Assembly (NCBI GenBank): GCA_027053075.1
Contig: JALUEE010000078.1
Coordinates: 43,573 to 107,572, forward strand
Reading direction: 5' to 3'
Origin: a candidate division WOR-3 bacterium
Lineage (GTDB): Bacteria; Hydrothermota; Hydrothermia; B15-G9; WFZT01
DNA: 64,000 nucleotides
In this document: one piece after another, positions 1 to 11,403 of the stretch
Layout: each line of letters starts with the position of its first letter
Position numbering within the stretch: position 1 is the stretch's first letter
Notes under the pieces: model-generated
Seen by the model: only the letters and a program-made list of their open reading frames with translations
Told to the model about the DNA's origin: nothing
Databases searched by the model: none
Program-made: the position numbers and the translations under genes

Positions 1-162
1 ACCGTAAGCTCTAAAAATTTCAGGGATTTTAAGGCCAGAGCGCTGTTCGATAAGCCTATCCGTGTCAACAAAATCCCATCCGAGTGCCGCGGCAAGCCTC
101 TTTCCAACAGTGGTCTTGCCACTGCACATCATACCTGTGAGAACGATTCTTCTGGGGATCAT
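1..162 (-). CDS. aroK: Shikimate kinase (5' part; runs off window edge)
   Basis: Manual translation [40 protein letters not shown]: Walker A plus D-x-D; start overlaps purB stop (TGATG). Confidence 0.9.
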   Translation of the reverse strand, partial: MIPRRIVLTGMMCSGKTTVGKRLAAALGWDFVDTDRLIEQRSGLKIPEIFRAYG

Positions 163-1466
163 CAGAGGCCAAATCTTTTGAAAATTGCGTCCACGTTCCT
201 CAAATAATCGTGGTTTAAAACCTCTTCGAGTTCCTCTGGTGTTAAATACTTCGCGATGTTTTCATTTTTTCTGATTAGCTCTTCAAAGGGCTCACCGCTC
301 TTCATGGCCCTGTGGGCAGATTCCTTCACCCATTCGTAAGCCTCACCTCTCCTGACACCCTTTTTTACAAGGGCAAGGAGAATCGCCTCCGAGAGATAAA
401 ATTTCCCGTATTTGACCAGATTCTCGTTGATCCTCTCCACATTCACAACCAGCCTGTCAACTATATCCTTTAGCAATGTGACCATGTAGTAATAAAGGGA
501 AAGGGCATCTGGCATCAAAAATCTCTCGGTTGAGGAATGGGATATATCTCTCTCGTGCCAGAGTGCAATATTTTCCATGGATGTGTGGGCATAGCCTCTC
601 AAAAGGCGTGCGAGACCGCATAATCTCTCACTTTTTATAGGGTTCCTCTTGTGGGGCATGGCAGAGGAGCCCCGCTGTTTCCTTCCAAACGGTTCCTCAA
701 GCTCTCCCACTTCTGTTCTCTGAAGCAGACGAATTTCTGTGGCAAATTTTTCAATATTACCTGCAGAAATGGCAATCACATCAAAAACATAGGCATAGCG
801 GTCTCTCGGCACAATCTGGGTTGAAACTGGCTCGGGCTTCAATCCAAGCTTATGAAGCGCCTTTTCCTCGACCTCAGGGCTTATGAAGGAATAGTTTCCC
901 ACGGCGCCGGAAATTTTACCGTAGCTTATTTTTTCAATGGCGGAGCGTAGATTTTCTATATCTCTTAAAAAAGCCGAATAGTAGGAGAGAAATTTCAAAC
1001 CGAGACTCGTGGGTTCAGCAAAAACCCCATGAGTCCGGCCCATTATGGGTTGATAACGGTACTCATTGGCCTTCTCTCTAAAGCTCAAAGAGAGCTCACT
1101 CAGGGCTTTTAGATTTAGCTCAAGGGCATTTTTCAAAATGAGTGAATTGGCGGTGTCTACCACATCAGAAGAGGTCATGCCAAAGTGCAAATACCTCGCA
1201 GGATCACCGGCTATCTCCTCAATCGTAAGCAGGAAGGCGATAACGTCGTGGTCAACCTCTCGCTCGATCTCCTTTGCTCTTTTCGCCACCCAGTTGAAAT
1301 CCACATCTTCCATAGATTTTCTGACCTTTTCCGGGACATCTGATGGGATAATGCCCATATCTGCCTCTACCTCAGCCACTGCGATCTCCACTTCGTACCA
1401 TTTCCTGTACTTGAATTCATCCGTGAAAATTTTCTTTATCTCGTCTTTCCAGTACCTTTCAATCAT
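162..1466 (-). CDS. purB: Adenylosuccinate lyase
   Basis: [11 protein letters not shown] fumarase-superfamily signature, [13 protein letters not shown]; start taken as MIERY. Confidence 0.96.
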   Translation of the reverse strand: MIERYWKDEIKKIFTDEFKYRKWYEVEIAVAEVEADMGIIPSDVPEKVRKSMEDVDFNWVAKRAKEIEREVDHDVIAFLLTIEEIAGDPARYLHFGMTSSDVVDTANSLILKNALELNLKALSELSLSFREKANEYRYQPIMGRTHGVFAEPTSLGLKFLSYYSAFLRDIENLRSAIEKISYGKISGAVGNYSFISPEVEEKALHKLGLKPEPVSTQIVPRDRYAYVFDVIAISAGNIEKFATEIRLLQRTEVGELEEPFGRKQRGSSAMPHKRNPIKSERLCGLARLLRGYAHTSMENIALWHERDISHSSTERFLMPDALSLYYYMVTLLKDIVDRLVVNVERINENLVKYGKFYLSEAILLALVKKGVRRGEAYEWVKESAHRAMKSGEPFEELIRKNENIAKYLTPEELEEVLNHDYLRNVDAIFKRFGL

Positions 1467-1467
1467 T

Positions 1468-2307
1468 TCAATCCATCCTGTAAAGTATTTTGAAACTCCC
1501 AAGCTCTCCCTCAAGACGATTAATCAAAAGGTCAATGAGGGAGAACCTCTTCTTTTCTTTTTTGTAAACAAGACTCACGTGTCCTTTTATTCCGGCAAGT
1601 TTTTTAAGAATGTTAACTGCATCCTCTATCGAGCCGAGTGTATCAACGAGACCAGCCTTTAGTGCCATCCTGCCCGAAAAAATCCTCCCATCCGCAAGTT
1701 TCCTTACGCTGTCAGCTGGAATGTGACGAGCCGATGCCACCTCTTCAACAAACTGCTTATAGACATCCATCAAGACGCCTTTTAGCAACTTCTTCTCCTC
1801 CGGTTTCATCTTTCTGAAAGGAGTGCCTGAGTCCTTGAATTTTCCTGTTTTTATAATCTCGTACTGGATACCTAACTTCTTTAGAAGGTCTGAGACCACA
1901 GGAAATTCGGCGATAACACCAATGGAGCCGGTAATTGTTCCGGGATTCGCAACAATCTTATTAGATGCAAGGGAAACGTAATATCCACCAGAAGCTGCAA
2001 CACTTCCGAAGCTCGCAACGATGGGCTTTCCGGCTTTTCGTGTCTTTTTCAGTGCCTCGAGTATCTCCTGAACAGGTCCAACGGCACCTCCCGGAGAGTC
2101 CACCCTGAGGAGTATGCCCTTGATATCAGAATCCTCCCTCAGACGCTTTATCCAATTGACGAGGGTGTCCGAACTCCTGATCGTGCCTTTGACCTCCACT
2201 ACACCAATTTCGGCTCCAGAAATGCCAATGTGGGATGGCTTGAAGAACTTCCATAGGACGGCGAGAACAATTATCAGGACAATAAATTTGACAATCGGAT
2301 TCTTCAT
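1468..2307 (-). CDS. sppA: Signal peptide peptidase SppA (S49)
   Basis: DSPGG, AASGGYY, TGSIGV, KTGKFKD motifs; N-terminal TM. Confidence 0.93.
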   Translation of the reverse strand: MKNPIVKFIVLIIVLAVLWKFFKPSHIGISGAEIGVVEVKGTIRSSDTLVNWIKRLREDSDIKGILLRVDSPGGAVGPVQEILEALKKTRKAGKPIVASFGSVAASGGYYVSLASNKIVANPGTITGSIGVIAEFPVVSDLLKKLGIQYEIIKTGKFKDSGTPFRKMKPEEKKLLKGVLMDVYKQFVEEVASARHIPADSVRKLADGRIFSGRMALKAGLVDTLGSIEDAVNILKKLAGIKGHVSLVYKKEKKRFSLIDLLINRLEGELGSFKILYRMD

Positions 2308-2720
2308 GGGAGCGTATCAACGTAGAAGATCAATCCCGCCCGAAAATCAGAGCCATCAACAAAGAGATTTATGTACCACTGTCCCCTCTCGTAAACGCGT
2401 TTGGAGAATGAGGTAATGATATTCTCACCCGGTGGAATTCTCACCGTTGAGGAATCCGAAAAAGTGCTGTCCGGCCTGTACCATTTGGTCGTGACATAAT
2501 GGGAATCTGCCGAAGATGACCAGAGTATCCACAGGTTCACAGTATCTCCACTGTGAAAAAACTGTGTGATACCGGAGGGGTAACCATTGACAAGGTGTCT
2601 TGAAAGCTCAATATCCCCGATGTAGGGGTCACGACTGTATGAAATCCTACCTATGGTATTTGACTCCTTGGTACAGGAGACAGCAAACATCATAATAATT
2701 ATTGCAATGACCCATCTCAT
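2304..2720 (-). CDS. Hypothetical lipoprotein
   Basis: Signal peptide with lipobox AVSC; overlaps sppA start. Confidence 0.7.
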   Translation of the reverse strand: MRWVIAIIIMMFAVSCTKESNTIGRISYSRDPYIGDIELSRHLVNGYPSGITQFFHSGDTVNLWILWSSSADSHYVTTKWYRPDSTFSDSSTVRIPPGENIITSFSKRVYERGQWYINLFVDGSDFRAGLIFYVDTLP

Positions 2721-2765
2721 AATGTGTCTATTTTAAAGTCAAACTAACCACGTTGGAATGCCCTT

Positions 2766-2890
2766 TGAGCTTGGTCGAAAATCCCCCCTCCTCTCCTCCC
2801 CCCACGCACTTTGTGCGTGGGGGGAGGAACAAGGTGGGGGGAATTTTTCCTCAAAAATCAGAGAATTTGAGATTTTTTCGAACAGGCTCA
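2766..2890. mobile_element. ~125-bp MITE-like element with terminal inverted repeats and internal hairpin
   Basis: TGAGCTTGGTCGAAAA...TTTTCGAACAGGCTCA ends; internal 16-bp stem 2794-2828; homologous copies at 7672-7797 and ~30535-30640. Confidence 0.6.
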
Positions 2891-2897
2891 TGCCCTT

Positions 2898-2940
2898 TGC
2901 GGGGCGGGGTCGTGCACTTCGTGCACGACCCCGCCCCGCA
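2898..2940. repeat. GC-rich palindrome (REP-like)
   Basis: 20-bp perfect stem, TTC loop. Confidence 0.85.
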
Positions 2941-3289
2941 GCAAAGCTCGTTTGAAAAATCCTGAATTTTAGTTACCATCCTTTCCAGCGGATTCTCACT
3001 ACCTCACTGATAATTACAGTCCACACCCATCCAGAATTTTCTAAACTGTGAGAAATCTTTGATTATTTCTTTTAAAAGCACATTTCCCCATCATGGGTGC
3101 TCTTTACATGCTTTCCCACCATTTTACCTATCTGTGGAATTTCTTCTTTTTTCCATTCACCTGTGAGACTTCTACCACATTTTCTTCCCCTCCCGCAAAG
3201 CGGGAGGGCATTGAGGGGGGAGGGCAAACCTTACATCTATCCTCCCAAATTTGAAAAAACTGCAAACATTGTCCTATAATACTTCCAGC

Positions 3290-5311
3290 ATGGTAAATCT
3301 ACTTTTTGGCATACACTGCCATCAGCCGGTGGGTAACTTCGATTACGTTATCAAACACGCCTTCGAGAAATCCTACAAACCTTTCCTCGAGACACTTTAC
3401 AACTATCCGGATTTCAAGTTTTCCATCCATTACACAGGCCCACTTTTAGAATGGATTGAGCAAAATGAGCCTGAATTCTTTGAAATCATCCGCGAAATGG
3501 TCAGCAGAAAGCAGGTTGAAATATTTGTCAGCGGATTCTATGAGCCTGTACTTGCTTCTATTCCGGAAAATGACCGCGAGGCACAGATTCTCATAGCCCG
3601 TGAATACGTCATTAGAAAGTTTCATTACATGCCCGATGGCCTATGGCTCACCGAACGGGTCTGGGACCCATCAATCGTGAAATCTCTTATTAAATCTGGC
3701 ATTAACTACGTTCTCGTCGATGACTTCCACTTCCTATCAGCAGGGTTTGACAAAGCTAACCTCCACGGCTATTACCTCACAGAATCTGAAGGGCAAACCC
3801 TCGGGATATTCCCGATTGATGAGAAACTCCGCTATCTAACCCCATTTAGACCGGTTGATGAAACCCTAAAATACCTGAAAGAGCTCCATGAAAGCCAGAA
3901 AGAAGCTGCCATCATCTTTGACGATGGGGAAAAATTTGGTATCTGGCCAGGGACCCACGACTGGGTTTACAAAAAAGGATGGCTCAAAAAATTCATAGAA
4001 GGCATACTATCCCTCGAATTTGTCCAGACTTCAACATACAGGGAATTTTTTGAATCGCATAAACCCTTAGGAAGAGCCTACCTTCCAACAGCTTCCTATT
4101 TTGAGATGAGCGAATGGTCCCTGATGCCTGAAAAAGCTCTTAAATTCGTGGAATTTGTTAATAGGCTCAAATCCGAAGGCATATTCGAAGAAAACAAAAT
4201 TTTTGTCCGTGGGGGAATCTGGCAAAATTTCCTCGTAAAATACAGCGAAGCCAACAGAATGCACAAAAAGATGGTCTATATTTCCGGAGAGCTCAAGGAC
4301 ACTCCCGTGGAGGAGAAAATCCCCCTCTATAGGGCTCAATGTAACGACGCCTACTGGCACGGAATCTTTGGTGGACTTTATCTTCCGCATCTTAGACATG
4401 CGAACTATTCAAATCTTCTAAAAGCTGAGCGAAACCTTCCTGCACCAATCTTTGAGGAAATTGACATTGATTGTGACGGATTTTATGAAATTTACGCGAG
4501 GACAAAATTTATCGTCGCGCAGATAAAGCCATCCTACGGTGGTGCCCTAACAGAGTTTTCCTCCCTCAAACAGGCTCTGAACTTTCAGGACACCCTCATG
4601 AGAAGATTTGAGCACTACCACAAGGGGCTTAAAGAGACACACCATAGTGAGAGTGGAGTGGCCTCCATCCACGAGATGCCAAAAAAGGTTGACAGAAAGA
4701 AACTGATTTACGATTGGTCGGAGAAATTTTCGTTACTTGACCATTTTATAGAGGACTCTCCGGAGGCAAAGAGCCTTGCCCGCGTTGAATTTAAAGAATT
4801 GGGAGACTTTGTTAACCAGCCATACGAGTACTTTATGGAGAAAAACGGGGTGAAGCTTCACCGCTCTGGTGGTGTATTTGATGGGGGAAAACGCCCAATC
4901 GAGATTGAAAAGGAAATAACCATACCGCTCGAGAGACCTGAGGTTATTGCAAAATACAGAATCCCTGGAAGGTCTGGCAATGCAGTTTTTGCCGTGGAAT
5001 TTAATTTCTCCATGCCTTCTGCCGATTCAAAAGAATCCCGTATCATCCTGGATGGCAAAATCATTGGCAATTTCCACGACATACTTGATGCGAGGGGACA
5101 CGAACTCATTTTAGACGACACCGTTTTCAACACAGCCGTAAAGCTCAGAAGTGAAAGGGAAACAGTTTTCAGGATATTCCCGGTTTATACTGTATCACAA
5201 TCTGAGAGTGGACTTGATTACACGTATCAGGAGACGGGGATTTTTATGTTATTTGGTCCGGTTGAAGGGATATTTGAAAATACCATAACTATTTCGATAC
5301 CTGGAGGATGA
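3290..5311 (+). CDS. GH57 alpha-amylase / 4-alpha-glucanotransferase
   Basis: GIHCHQP, GLWLTERVW, FDDGEKFG, AQCNDAYWHG conserved GH57 regions. Confidence 0.92.
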   Translation: MVNLLFGIHCHQPVGNFDYVIKHAFEKSYKPFLETLYNYPDFKFSIHYTGPLLEWIEQNEPEFFEIIREMVSRKQVEIFVSGFYEPVLASIPENDREAQILIAREYVIRKFHYMPDGLWLTERVWDPSIVKSLIKSGINYVLVDDFHFLSAGFDKANLHGYYLTESEGQTLGIFPIDEKLRYLTPFRPVDETLKYLKELHESQKEAAIIFDDGEKFGIWPGTHDWVYKKGWLKKFIEGILSLEFVQTSTYREFFESHKPLGRAYLPTASYFEMSEWSLMPEKALKFVEFVNRLKSEGIFEENKIFVRGGIWQNFLVKYSEANRMHKKMVYISGELKDTPVEEKIPLYRAQCNDAYWHGIFGGLYLPHLRHANYSNLLKAERNLPAPIFEEIDIDCDGFYEIYARTKFIVAQIKPSYGGALTEFSSLKQALNFQDTLMRRFEHYHKGLKETHHSESGVASIHEMPKKVDRKKLIYDWSEKFSLLDHFIEDSPEAKSLARVEFKELGDFVNQPYEYFMEKNGVKLHRSGGVFDGGKRPIEIEKEITIPLERPEVIAKYRIPGRSGNAVFAVEFNFSMPSADSKESRIILDGKIIGNFHDILDARGHELILDDTVFNTAVKLRSERETVFRIFPVYTVSQSESGLDYTYQETGIFMLFGPVEGIFENTITISIPGG

Positions 5312-5312
5312 A

Positions 5313-6347
5313 ATGCCAGAGTTAAGATATGACCCAATACGCCAGAGATGGACAATAATCTCTATTGAACGAGGCAGGAGACCTCACGAGTATGTTACCG
5401 AAAAGGAAGAGGTGAAGAAAGTAGACTCCTGCCCATTTGATTATGGGAACGAGCAGAGAACTCCGCCTGAGATATATGCCATTTCTGACCAACCGAGGCA
5501 GCCAAATACACCTGGCTGGAAGGTCAGAGTGGTGCCCAATAAGTATCCGGCACTGAGAATCGAGGGAGAGTTAAAAAGGGAAGGAGTTGGCCTCTTTGAT
5601 GTGGTCTCTGGAATCGGAGCCCATGAAGTGATCATCGAAACACCTGACCACAACCGTGAAATGAGCGACAGAACCCCTGAGGAGATAGCGCTGGTTTTGA
5701 AAGCCTACAAAGAGAGACTCCTTGATCTGAGAAAGGATACACGATTCAGGTACATCCTGGTCTTTAAAAATCATGGAAAGGATGCAGGGGCATCTCTCTC
5801 GCATCCGCATTCACAGTTAATAGCGACGCCGATTTTCCCGCCCGTGGTTAAAGCAGAGCTCGTAAGCGCACGCGAGTATTATTTGAGGAAAGAACGCTGT
5901 ATTTTCTGCGACATCATAAAACAGGAGCTCACATTGAGGGACAGAATCGTATGGGAAAGCGACAAATATGTTTTATGGGAACCATTTGCCTCTTCCTTCC
6001 CCTTTGAAACCTGGCTATTCCCCAAATACCACTCTCACGATTTTGCACTCCTTCCGGATGAGGAACTCTACGACCTCGCAGTGGCATTAAAGGAGATGCT
6101 CGTAAGGATAAAGGCCTTATTAAACGATCCTCCGTACAACATGGTGCTTCACACTGCTCCTCCACCCCATCCGAGGCCGGGGCATGCGGATTACTGGGAA
6201 ACCCTTGAATTTGACTTTCATTGGCATATTGAATTGATTCCAAGAATCACAAAAATCGCGGGGTTTGAATGGGGATCAGGTCTTCACATAAATCCAACTC
6301 CACCAGAAGAGGCAGCAAAATATTTGAGAGAAGTAGAGCTAATTTAA
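5313..6347 (+). CDS. galT: GalT-family hexose-1-phosphate nucleotidyltransferase
   Basis: ELRYDP, CPF, VVPNKYP, GASLSHPHSQ (HxH motif), FHWHIE. Confidence 0.85.
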   Translation: MPELRYDPIRQRWTIISIERGRRPHEYVTEKEEVKKVDSCPFDYGNEQRTPPEIYAISDQPRQPNTPGWKVRVVPNKYPALRIEGELKREGVGLFDVVSGIGAHEVIIETPDHNREMSDRTPEEIALVLKAYKERLLDLRKDTRFRYILVFKNHGKDAGASLSHPHSQLIATPIFPPVVKAELVSAREYYLRKERCIFCDIIKQELTLRDRIVWESDKYVLWEPFASSFPFETWLFPKYHSHDFALLPDEELYDLAVALKEMLVRIKALLNDPPYNMVLHTAPPPHPRPGHADYWETLEFDFHWHIELIPRITKIAGFEWGSGLHINPTPPEEAAKYLREVELI

Positions 6348-6364
6348 AACGAGGAGGTTTTTCT

Positions 6365-7537
6365 ATGTTAGGAGACCTTATAGGCCACCTTGAGAAGGAG
6401 GAGCACAGGATTTTGCGGGACACTGTTGCCCGCTTTGCAAAGGATAAGATTGCACCAATCGCAGCAAAAATCGACGAAGAGGATTGGTTACCCGAGGAGA
6501 TATTCAAAGAGATGGGACAGCTCGGCTTCACAGGGATTATGATTCCAGAGGAATACGGTGGCTTTGGAATAGACCCTCTCTCCGCTGTCATCGTTTTAGA
6601 AGAGATTGCGAAGCAAAGCGCCTCTGTTGCTCTTTCACTTATGGTTACCTCGGTTTTATTTGGTCATAATGTAGCCTATTGGGGGCAAAACGAGGAGCTA
6701 AAGAAGAAATACCTGCCAAGGATTGCCTCTGGTGAGATCATCGGCGCTTATGCACTCACAGAGCCTGATGCGGGCTCCGATTCTGTTAGTATTAAAACCC
6801 GCGCTGAAAGGAAGGGGGACTACTTTATTGTCAATGGTCAGAAGATGTTCATCACCAACGCACCTGTTGCCGATGTTTTCTATGTTTTTGTCTATACTGA
6901 CCCATCCAAGAAAAAAGAGGGCATGAGTGTGCTACTGATTGACAGGGATATGGAAGGGGTGACAATTGCGAAAAAACTCGAAAAAATGGGTATGCGCGGC
7001 TCTCCCACAGGCCTCATCTTCTTTGAAGACGTCAAAGTACCTGTTTCAAATATTATCGGAACAGAAGGTATGGGATACCCTCAGATGTTGAAAAGCCTTG
7101 AAATCGAGAGAATGGTAATTTCTGCCATTTCCACAGGTGTTTCTCTTGCTGCACTCGACTGGATGGTGAGGTACGCAAATGAGAGGAAACAGTTCGGGAA
7201 ACCTATAGGTCAGTTTGAAATGATAATGAAAAAAATAGCCGATGCTGGTGCCCAGCTTGATGCTGTAAGAACCTATCTCTATACCTACGCAGCAACCTAT
7301 GATGAAGAGAGGGACAACAGATTCGAATCAGCATCAGTCAAATTCCTGGCCTCCGAGACAGCGGTGAAGATTACTCTCGATGCCATACAGGTACTTGGTG
7401 GATATGGTTACACCAAAGAGTATCCGGTTGAAAGATACATGAGGGATGCGAAGCTCCTTGATATCGGCTCCGGAACCTCTGAAATTATGCGCTTTGTAGC
7501 GGCAAAATCCCTGCTCAAGGCCGGAAAGATTATCTAA
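6365..7537 (+). CDS. Acyl-CoA dehydrogenase
   Basis: ALTEPDAGSD, GQKMFITN, RKQFGKPI, QVLGGYGY; GGAGG RBS before ATG 6365. Confidence 0.93.
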   Translation: MLGDLIGHLEKEEHRILRDTVARFAKDKIAPIAAKIDEEDWLPEEIFKEMGQLGFTGIMIPEEYGGFGIDPLSAVIVLEEIAKQSASVALSLMVTSVLFGHNVAYWGQNEELKKKYLPRIASGEIIGAYALTEPDAGSDSVSIKTRAERKGDYFIVNGQKMFITNAPVADVFYVFVYTDPSKKKEGMSVLLIDRDMEGVTIAKKLEKMGMRGSPTGLIFFEDVKVPVSNIIGTEGMGYPQMLKSLEIERMVISAISTGVSLAALDWMVRYANERKQFGKPIGQFEMIMKKIADAGAQLDAVRTYLYTYAATYDEERDNRFESASVKFLASETAVKITLDAIQVLGGYGYTKEYPVERYMRDAKLLDIGSGTSEIMRFVAAKSLLKAGKII

Positions 7538-7671
7538 CCGGGGAGTTTTTAAAAACTAAATCTATTTGAAACTTTGCTTCTTTCAGCACATCTTTTTGCG
7601 GAAGGGTTTATATGGAAAAATTTCCTCAAAAATGGGGATTTCTGAATTTTAAGAACAGGATTTCCAAAGGG

Positions 7672-7797
7672 TGAGCTGTTTAGAAAAAATTCAGAAGTTA
7701 GTAGATTTATAAAATGAATTCCCCCCACCTGTCTCCTCCCCCCACGCACAAAGTGCGTGGGGGGAGGATGGGAAGGGGGCATTTTCGAACACTTTTC
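7672..7797. mobile_element. Inverted copy of the ~125-bp MITE-like element
   Basis: Reverse complement aligns to 2766-2890, including hairpin and AGGTGGGGGGAATT flank. Confidence 0.6.
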
Positions 7798-7855
7798 CAA
7801 AGGGTTTTAAATAAACTCCCAGAGTCGTATAATTGTCAAAAATGGGAGGTGTGAA

Positions 7856-10090
7856 ATGATAGAAATTGTGTTATCGGTCATTTTAGCATTCAATCCTTCG
7901 GTAAACAACTGGCAATGGAACTCCATCGGTCCTGATGGGGGTACAGTTCTGTCCATTGCCTCCAACTCAGACGGGACAAATCTTCTGGCTGTTACAATTG
8001 GAGCGGTGTGGAAATTTAATGGTTCAAGCTGGTCAACCGTATTTCCAATCTCAGGTCCCGGTACTATTCTCAATACCGGCCAGGATAGTTTCTGTTTGAT
8101 TATCTCAGACGACTCTACTCTTGTCTACACTTCATCTGATGGAGGTAATACCTGGACCCAAACCTACTCCTCAGACCGTTGGTTTGCGGGAGCTTCCAAC
8201 GTGAATTCGCATTATGTGTATATCGCAAATGGAGACTCGGTATACATTTCTTCAGACGGTGGGAATACCTGGACAAGTGTCCCCAGACCGATAAATTCAT
8301 CAAACAACATAAACTTAAATGGATGCCGAATCTCGTACTCCCCCAACTTTCCCTCAGTTGTTTTTATGGCAGTATCCGGCGATAGCATGGGAAACCCAAT
8401 GCTCTGGCTCTTTAAATCCAGTAACTATGGTCAGAGCTGGTCACTTGTTTTTAATGATACCATCATAAGCGAAATTGACGCATTCCTCGTAGACCCTGAT
8501 GACACTAATAGATTATTCATCGGGGCAGGAATTGGAGAAGATAATTCCATTCCAGGAATATATGTTTCCACTGATGGAGGAGCAACCTGGACACCAACAA
8601 TTGCATCCATTCAGGCGGGTATAATTTTCCCGAGTGATCTAAAGATGTATAACGACACACTATATGTCGCTTCCCTTATAAACCCAGGAATATATAAAGG
8701 ATTCCAGGTAGCGGGTTTATGGTATTTCAACGCTTTATCCACAGACTATATCACTTACTCTCTTGATATAACTTCGAATGGTACAATGTATGCTGGGATC
8801 AGTGGCGGGGTGATGCAATCATCTGATAGAGCAAACTTCCAGGATATAACTCAGGGACTTCGAGCAGTTTATACACCTTACACACACGGAGTTATTGGAA
8901 CTTACTACTCAGTCGAGGCCAATGGGTACATTTACATGATTGATGGAGTATTTACAGCGGAGTGGACTGGTCCTGTTTTCACAAATGTCCTTTATTACAG
9001 CTCCAATGGCGGTAACACATGGTCAAAGCGGTTCTTGCCAGGAATAATCATGCCGGTCGGGGTACAAACTTCACCTACAAACCCATCTGTTGTCTATCTT
9101 TCGGGACTCGGATACAACTTTGATCCAACAGGTAACTTCCGACTCCATTCCATTTACAAAAGTACCGATTATGGAGCCACTTTCACCGCAATGGACCCTG
9201 GATTCACAATAGATAGTTTAGCATATTTCTACGACGTTACATGGGTCTCACCTTCAGACCCCAACAGAATTATTGTCAAAGCCTACACATTTGATAAAAA
9301 TGGCCCGAAGCCAGGAGGCGCCTCATTGCTCCTCTCAACTGATGGTGGTGCCTCGTTCAGCGCTATCCTGCCAAACTTTGTGCCATTGAGGGTAGTGGGA
9401 ACTGACACAGTGTATGCGGCAGGATATAATCCAACCCCCACAATCCTCATAAGCCGAGACGGCGGAGATAACTGGAATCTCTTTACCATCCCTCCAGGAG
9501 TGGTCAACGATATGGCCATCGAAAACGGCTATCTCTACTACTGTTTCAACGGTCAAAATGGTCTTATGGTGGAGAGATCCTCTAATGGGGTAACAATTGA
9601 TACTCTTTGGTCTTTTAGCATTTACACCGATTTTGCGAAGCTCGTAACCAACGGAAATGATGTGTTTGTAAGTTTCAAGACTTATCAAGAAGCTGAGCAA
9701 TTCGTTTATCATTACAAAAATTCAAACTGGTCGGCCGACACCGTTGATTTTACAGTGGGAGGCCTCATGCTATCTGACACATCATTGATGGCGTTTACAG
9801 CGGGAAGGAGCATCTACTCGAGCACAGAAGCACTGACAGGGGTTGGTGAATCCGCTCCCATCGGCTACACAAAACATGTAAAAATCCTCTATACAGCAAA
9901 GGGACCGGAAATGTTTGTTAGCACGAATTCTCCGTACAAACTCAGGGTTTACGACGCCACCGGAAGGGAAATACTGGATAAGAAGGTTATGAGTCATAGG
10001 GTGATTATGAATTTTAGGCCCGGGGTATATTTCTATCGGGTGGAGAGCAGCAAACTTCGTGAGACGGGAAAATTTGTGATTTTTAGGTAA
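7856..10090 (+). CDS. Secreted BNR/Asp-box repeat protein with T9SS-type C-terminal sorting domain
   Basis: Multiple S-x-D-G-G-x-T-W repeats; C-terminal VYDATGR...PGVYF...KFVIFR. Confidence 0.8.
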   Translation: MIEIVLSVILAFNPSVNNWQWNSIGPDGGTVLSIASNSDGTNLLAVTIGAVWKFNGSSWSTVFPISGPGTILNTGQDSFCLIISDDSTLVYTSSDGGNTWTQTYSSDRWFAGASNVNSHYVYIANGDSVYISSDGGNTWTSVPRPINSSNNINLNGCRISYSPNFPSVVFMAVSGDSMGNPMLWLFKSSNYGQSWSLVFNDTIISEIDAFLVDPDDTNRLFIGAGIGEDNSIPGIYVSTDGGATWTPTIASIQAGIIFPSDLKMYNDTLYVASLINPGIYKGFQVAGLWYFNALSTDYITYSLDITSNGTMYAGISGGVMQSSDRANFQDITQGLRAVYTPYTHGVIGTYYSVEANGYIYMIDGVFTAEWTGPVFTNVLYYSSNGGNTWSKRFLPGIIMPVGVQTSPTNPSVVYLSGLGYNFDPTGNFRLHSIYKSTDYGATFTAMDPGFTIDSLAYFYDVTWVSPSDPNRIIVKAYTFDKNGPKPGGASLLLSTDGGASFSAILPNFVPLRVVGTDTVYAAGYNPTPTILISRDGGDNWNLFTIPPGVVNDMAIENGYLYYCFNGQNGLMVERSSNGVTIDTLWSFSIYTDFAKLVTNGNDVFVSFKTYQEAEQFVYHYKNSNWSADTVDFTVGGLMLSDTSLMAFTAGRSIYSSTEALTGVGESAPIGYTKHVKILYTAKGPEMFVSTNSPYKLRVYDATGREILDKKVMSHRVIMNFRPGVYFYRVESSKLRETGKFVIFR

Positions 10091-10100
10091 AATAAAAATG

Positions 10101-10133
10101 TGTGGGGGCGGGCGCAAAGCGCCCGCCCCCACA
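10101..10133. terminator. Hairpin between convergent genes (probable terminator)
   Basis: 15-bp stem, AAA loop, A/T-rich flanks. Confidence 0.6.
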
Positions 10134-10200
10134 TTTAATATCCTGCTATCTTAGAAGTTTGGTACTCCTAACATCCTGAGAACACCAATTATATCGTTCA

Positions 10201-11403
10201 TTACCATGTTGAGGGTATTCTTATTGTGAATTTCAATCCATTGCCAGGATTGCCTTTTACATCTATTTCCCCACCGTGAGCTTCTACGATTTTTTTAACA
10301 AGATACAGCCCAAGTCCAAGTCCCCGGGTTTTGGTGGTATAAAACATATCAAAAATATGCGTAAGTGCTTCTTCACTCATTCCACTGCCATTATCTGAAA
10401 TCTCCAGAATAAAGCTATGTCCCCTCCTTTTTACATCTACCCTTATTTCCGTAGCATCTGCTTCAATAGCGTTTTTAAAAATGTTATAGAGCACCTGTTC
10501 CATCCAGTGCGGATCGCAAAAAACATCTGTTTCCTCATTGACTTTCACGCTGATATTTCTCGCAAGTTCAGCCTGTAATCCAGAAACAACCTTATCTATC
10601 AGTTCACTCAATTTACAATTTGCCAGTTTCAACTTGATGTGACGCGATACATTTCTGAAATCGTTAACAATGGAAATCAACCTCTTAGTTTCATTTCTTA
10701 TCATCTCGGTAAACCTGTCTCTCCCACATTTTGACTCAATCATCTGGAGAGCAAGATGGATAGTATTTAATGGATTTTTTATTTCATGAGCGATAAGGGA
10801 GGAGAACGATGAAAGTTCCTGAAATCTCTTTTTCTCAGCTTCTTCCTCTTTTATTCTTGCCTCCATTCTTACAATTCTTTCGTGAAATTTTAGTATTCCA
10901 ACGAGGGCTATAAGGAAGATCAGGGTGGAGAAAAAAACGAGTGTCAGACCAGTCCTCTTCTGCTTTTTGAGTAATACGTCAAGGAATTTTAGGGAGTATC
11001 CTCCCACAAGAGATGAATGTCTCCCAAGATTAACCTTAAATTCGAGGATGTCGTGGTCGATGGTTTTTACAATCCTCAAGGAATCGCTTATCCCCGGCTC
11101 TATAGGGAGGAAATAATCATATTTTGATTGCCAGTAAACCACACTGTCACCGATCATGTAAGCAAGATAGTCAAATTCTCCTTCTTTTGTTAGTTTATCG
11201 ATTACTCTCGATATATCTTCCAGTTTCAAGTCTCGATGACATGAAAACACTGTAAAAGTTTGCTTTATCCCTGAAATGTAGTTTCTTGCGATTTTTAGAT
11301 AAGCATTTCTTGTGGACGTGTAATTTCTGAAGAAAATGAAGCCCACAAGGGAGACGAAGAGAATGTAAACAAGGAGTATCAGGAGGCCGAATCGCTTAGC
11401 CAT
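10201..11403 (-). CDS. Membrane sensor histidine kinase
   Basis: Two TMs, AHEIKNPL H-box, NAIEA, DNGSG, GLGLGL. Confidence 0.93.
   Translation of the reverse strand: MAKRFGLLILLVYILFVSLVGFIFFRNYTSTRNAYLKIARNYISGIKQTFTVFSCHRDLKLEDISRVIDKLTKEGEFDYLAYMIGDSVVYWQSKYDYFLPIEPGISDSLRIVKTIDHDILEFKVNLGRHSSLVGGYSLKFLDVLLKKQKRTGLTLVFFSTLIFLIALVGILKFHERIVRMEARIKEEEAEKKRFQELSSFSSLIAHEIKNPLNTIHLALQMIESKCGRDRFTEMIRNETKRLISIVNDFRNVSRHIKLKLANCKLSELIDKVVSGLQAELARNISVKVNEETDVFCDPHWMEQVLYNIFKNAIEADATEIRVDVKRRGHSFILEISDNGSGMSEEALTHIFDMFYTTKTRGLGLGLYLVKKIVEAHGGEIDVKGNPGNGLKFTIRIPSTW

Noticed and set aside
2753..2965. Short ORFs over repeat DNA (also 7549-7800, 16480-16770, 28938-29279, 44618-44815)
   Set aside because: Translations of hairpin/MITE sequence (recurring THFVR-type peptides); no RBS or family motifs
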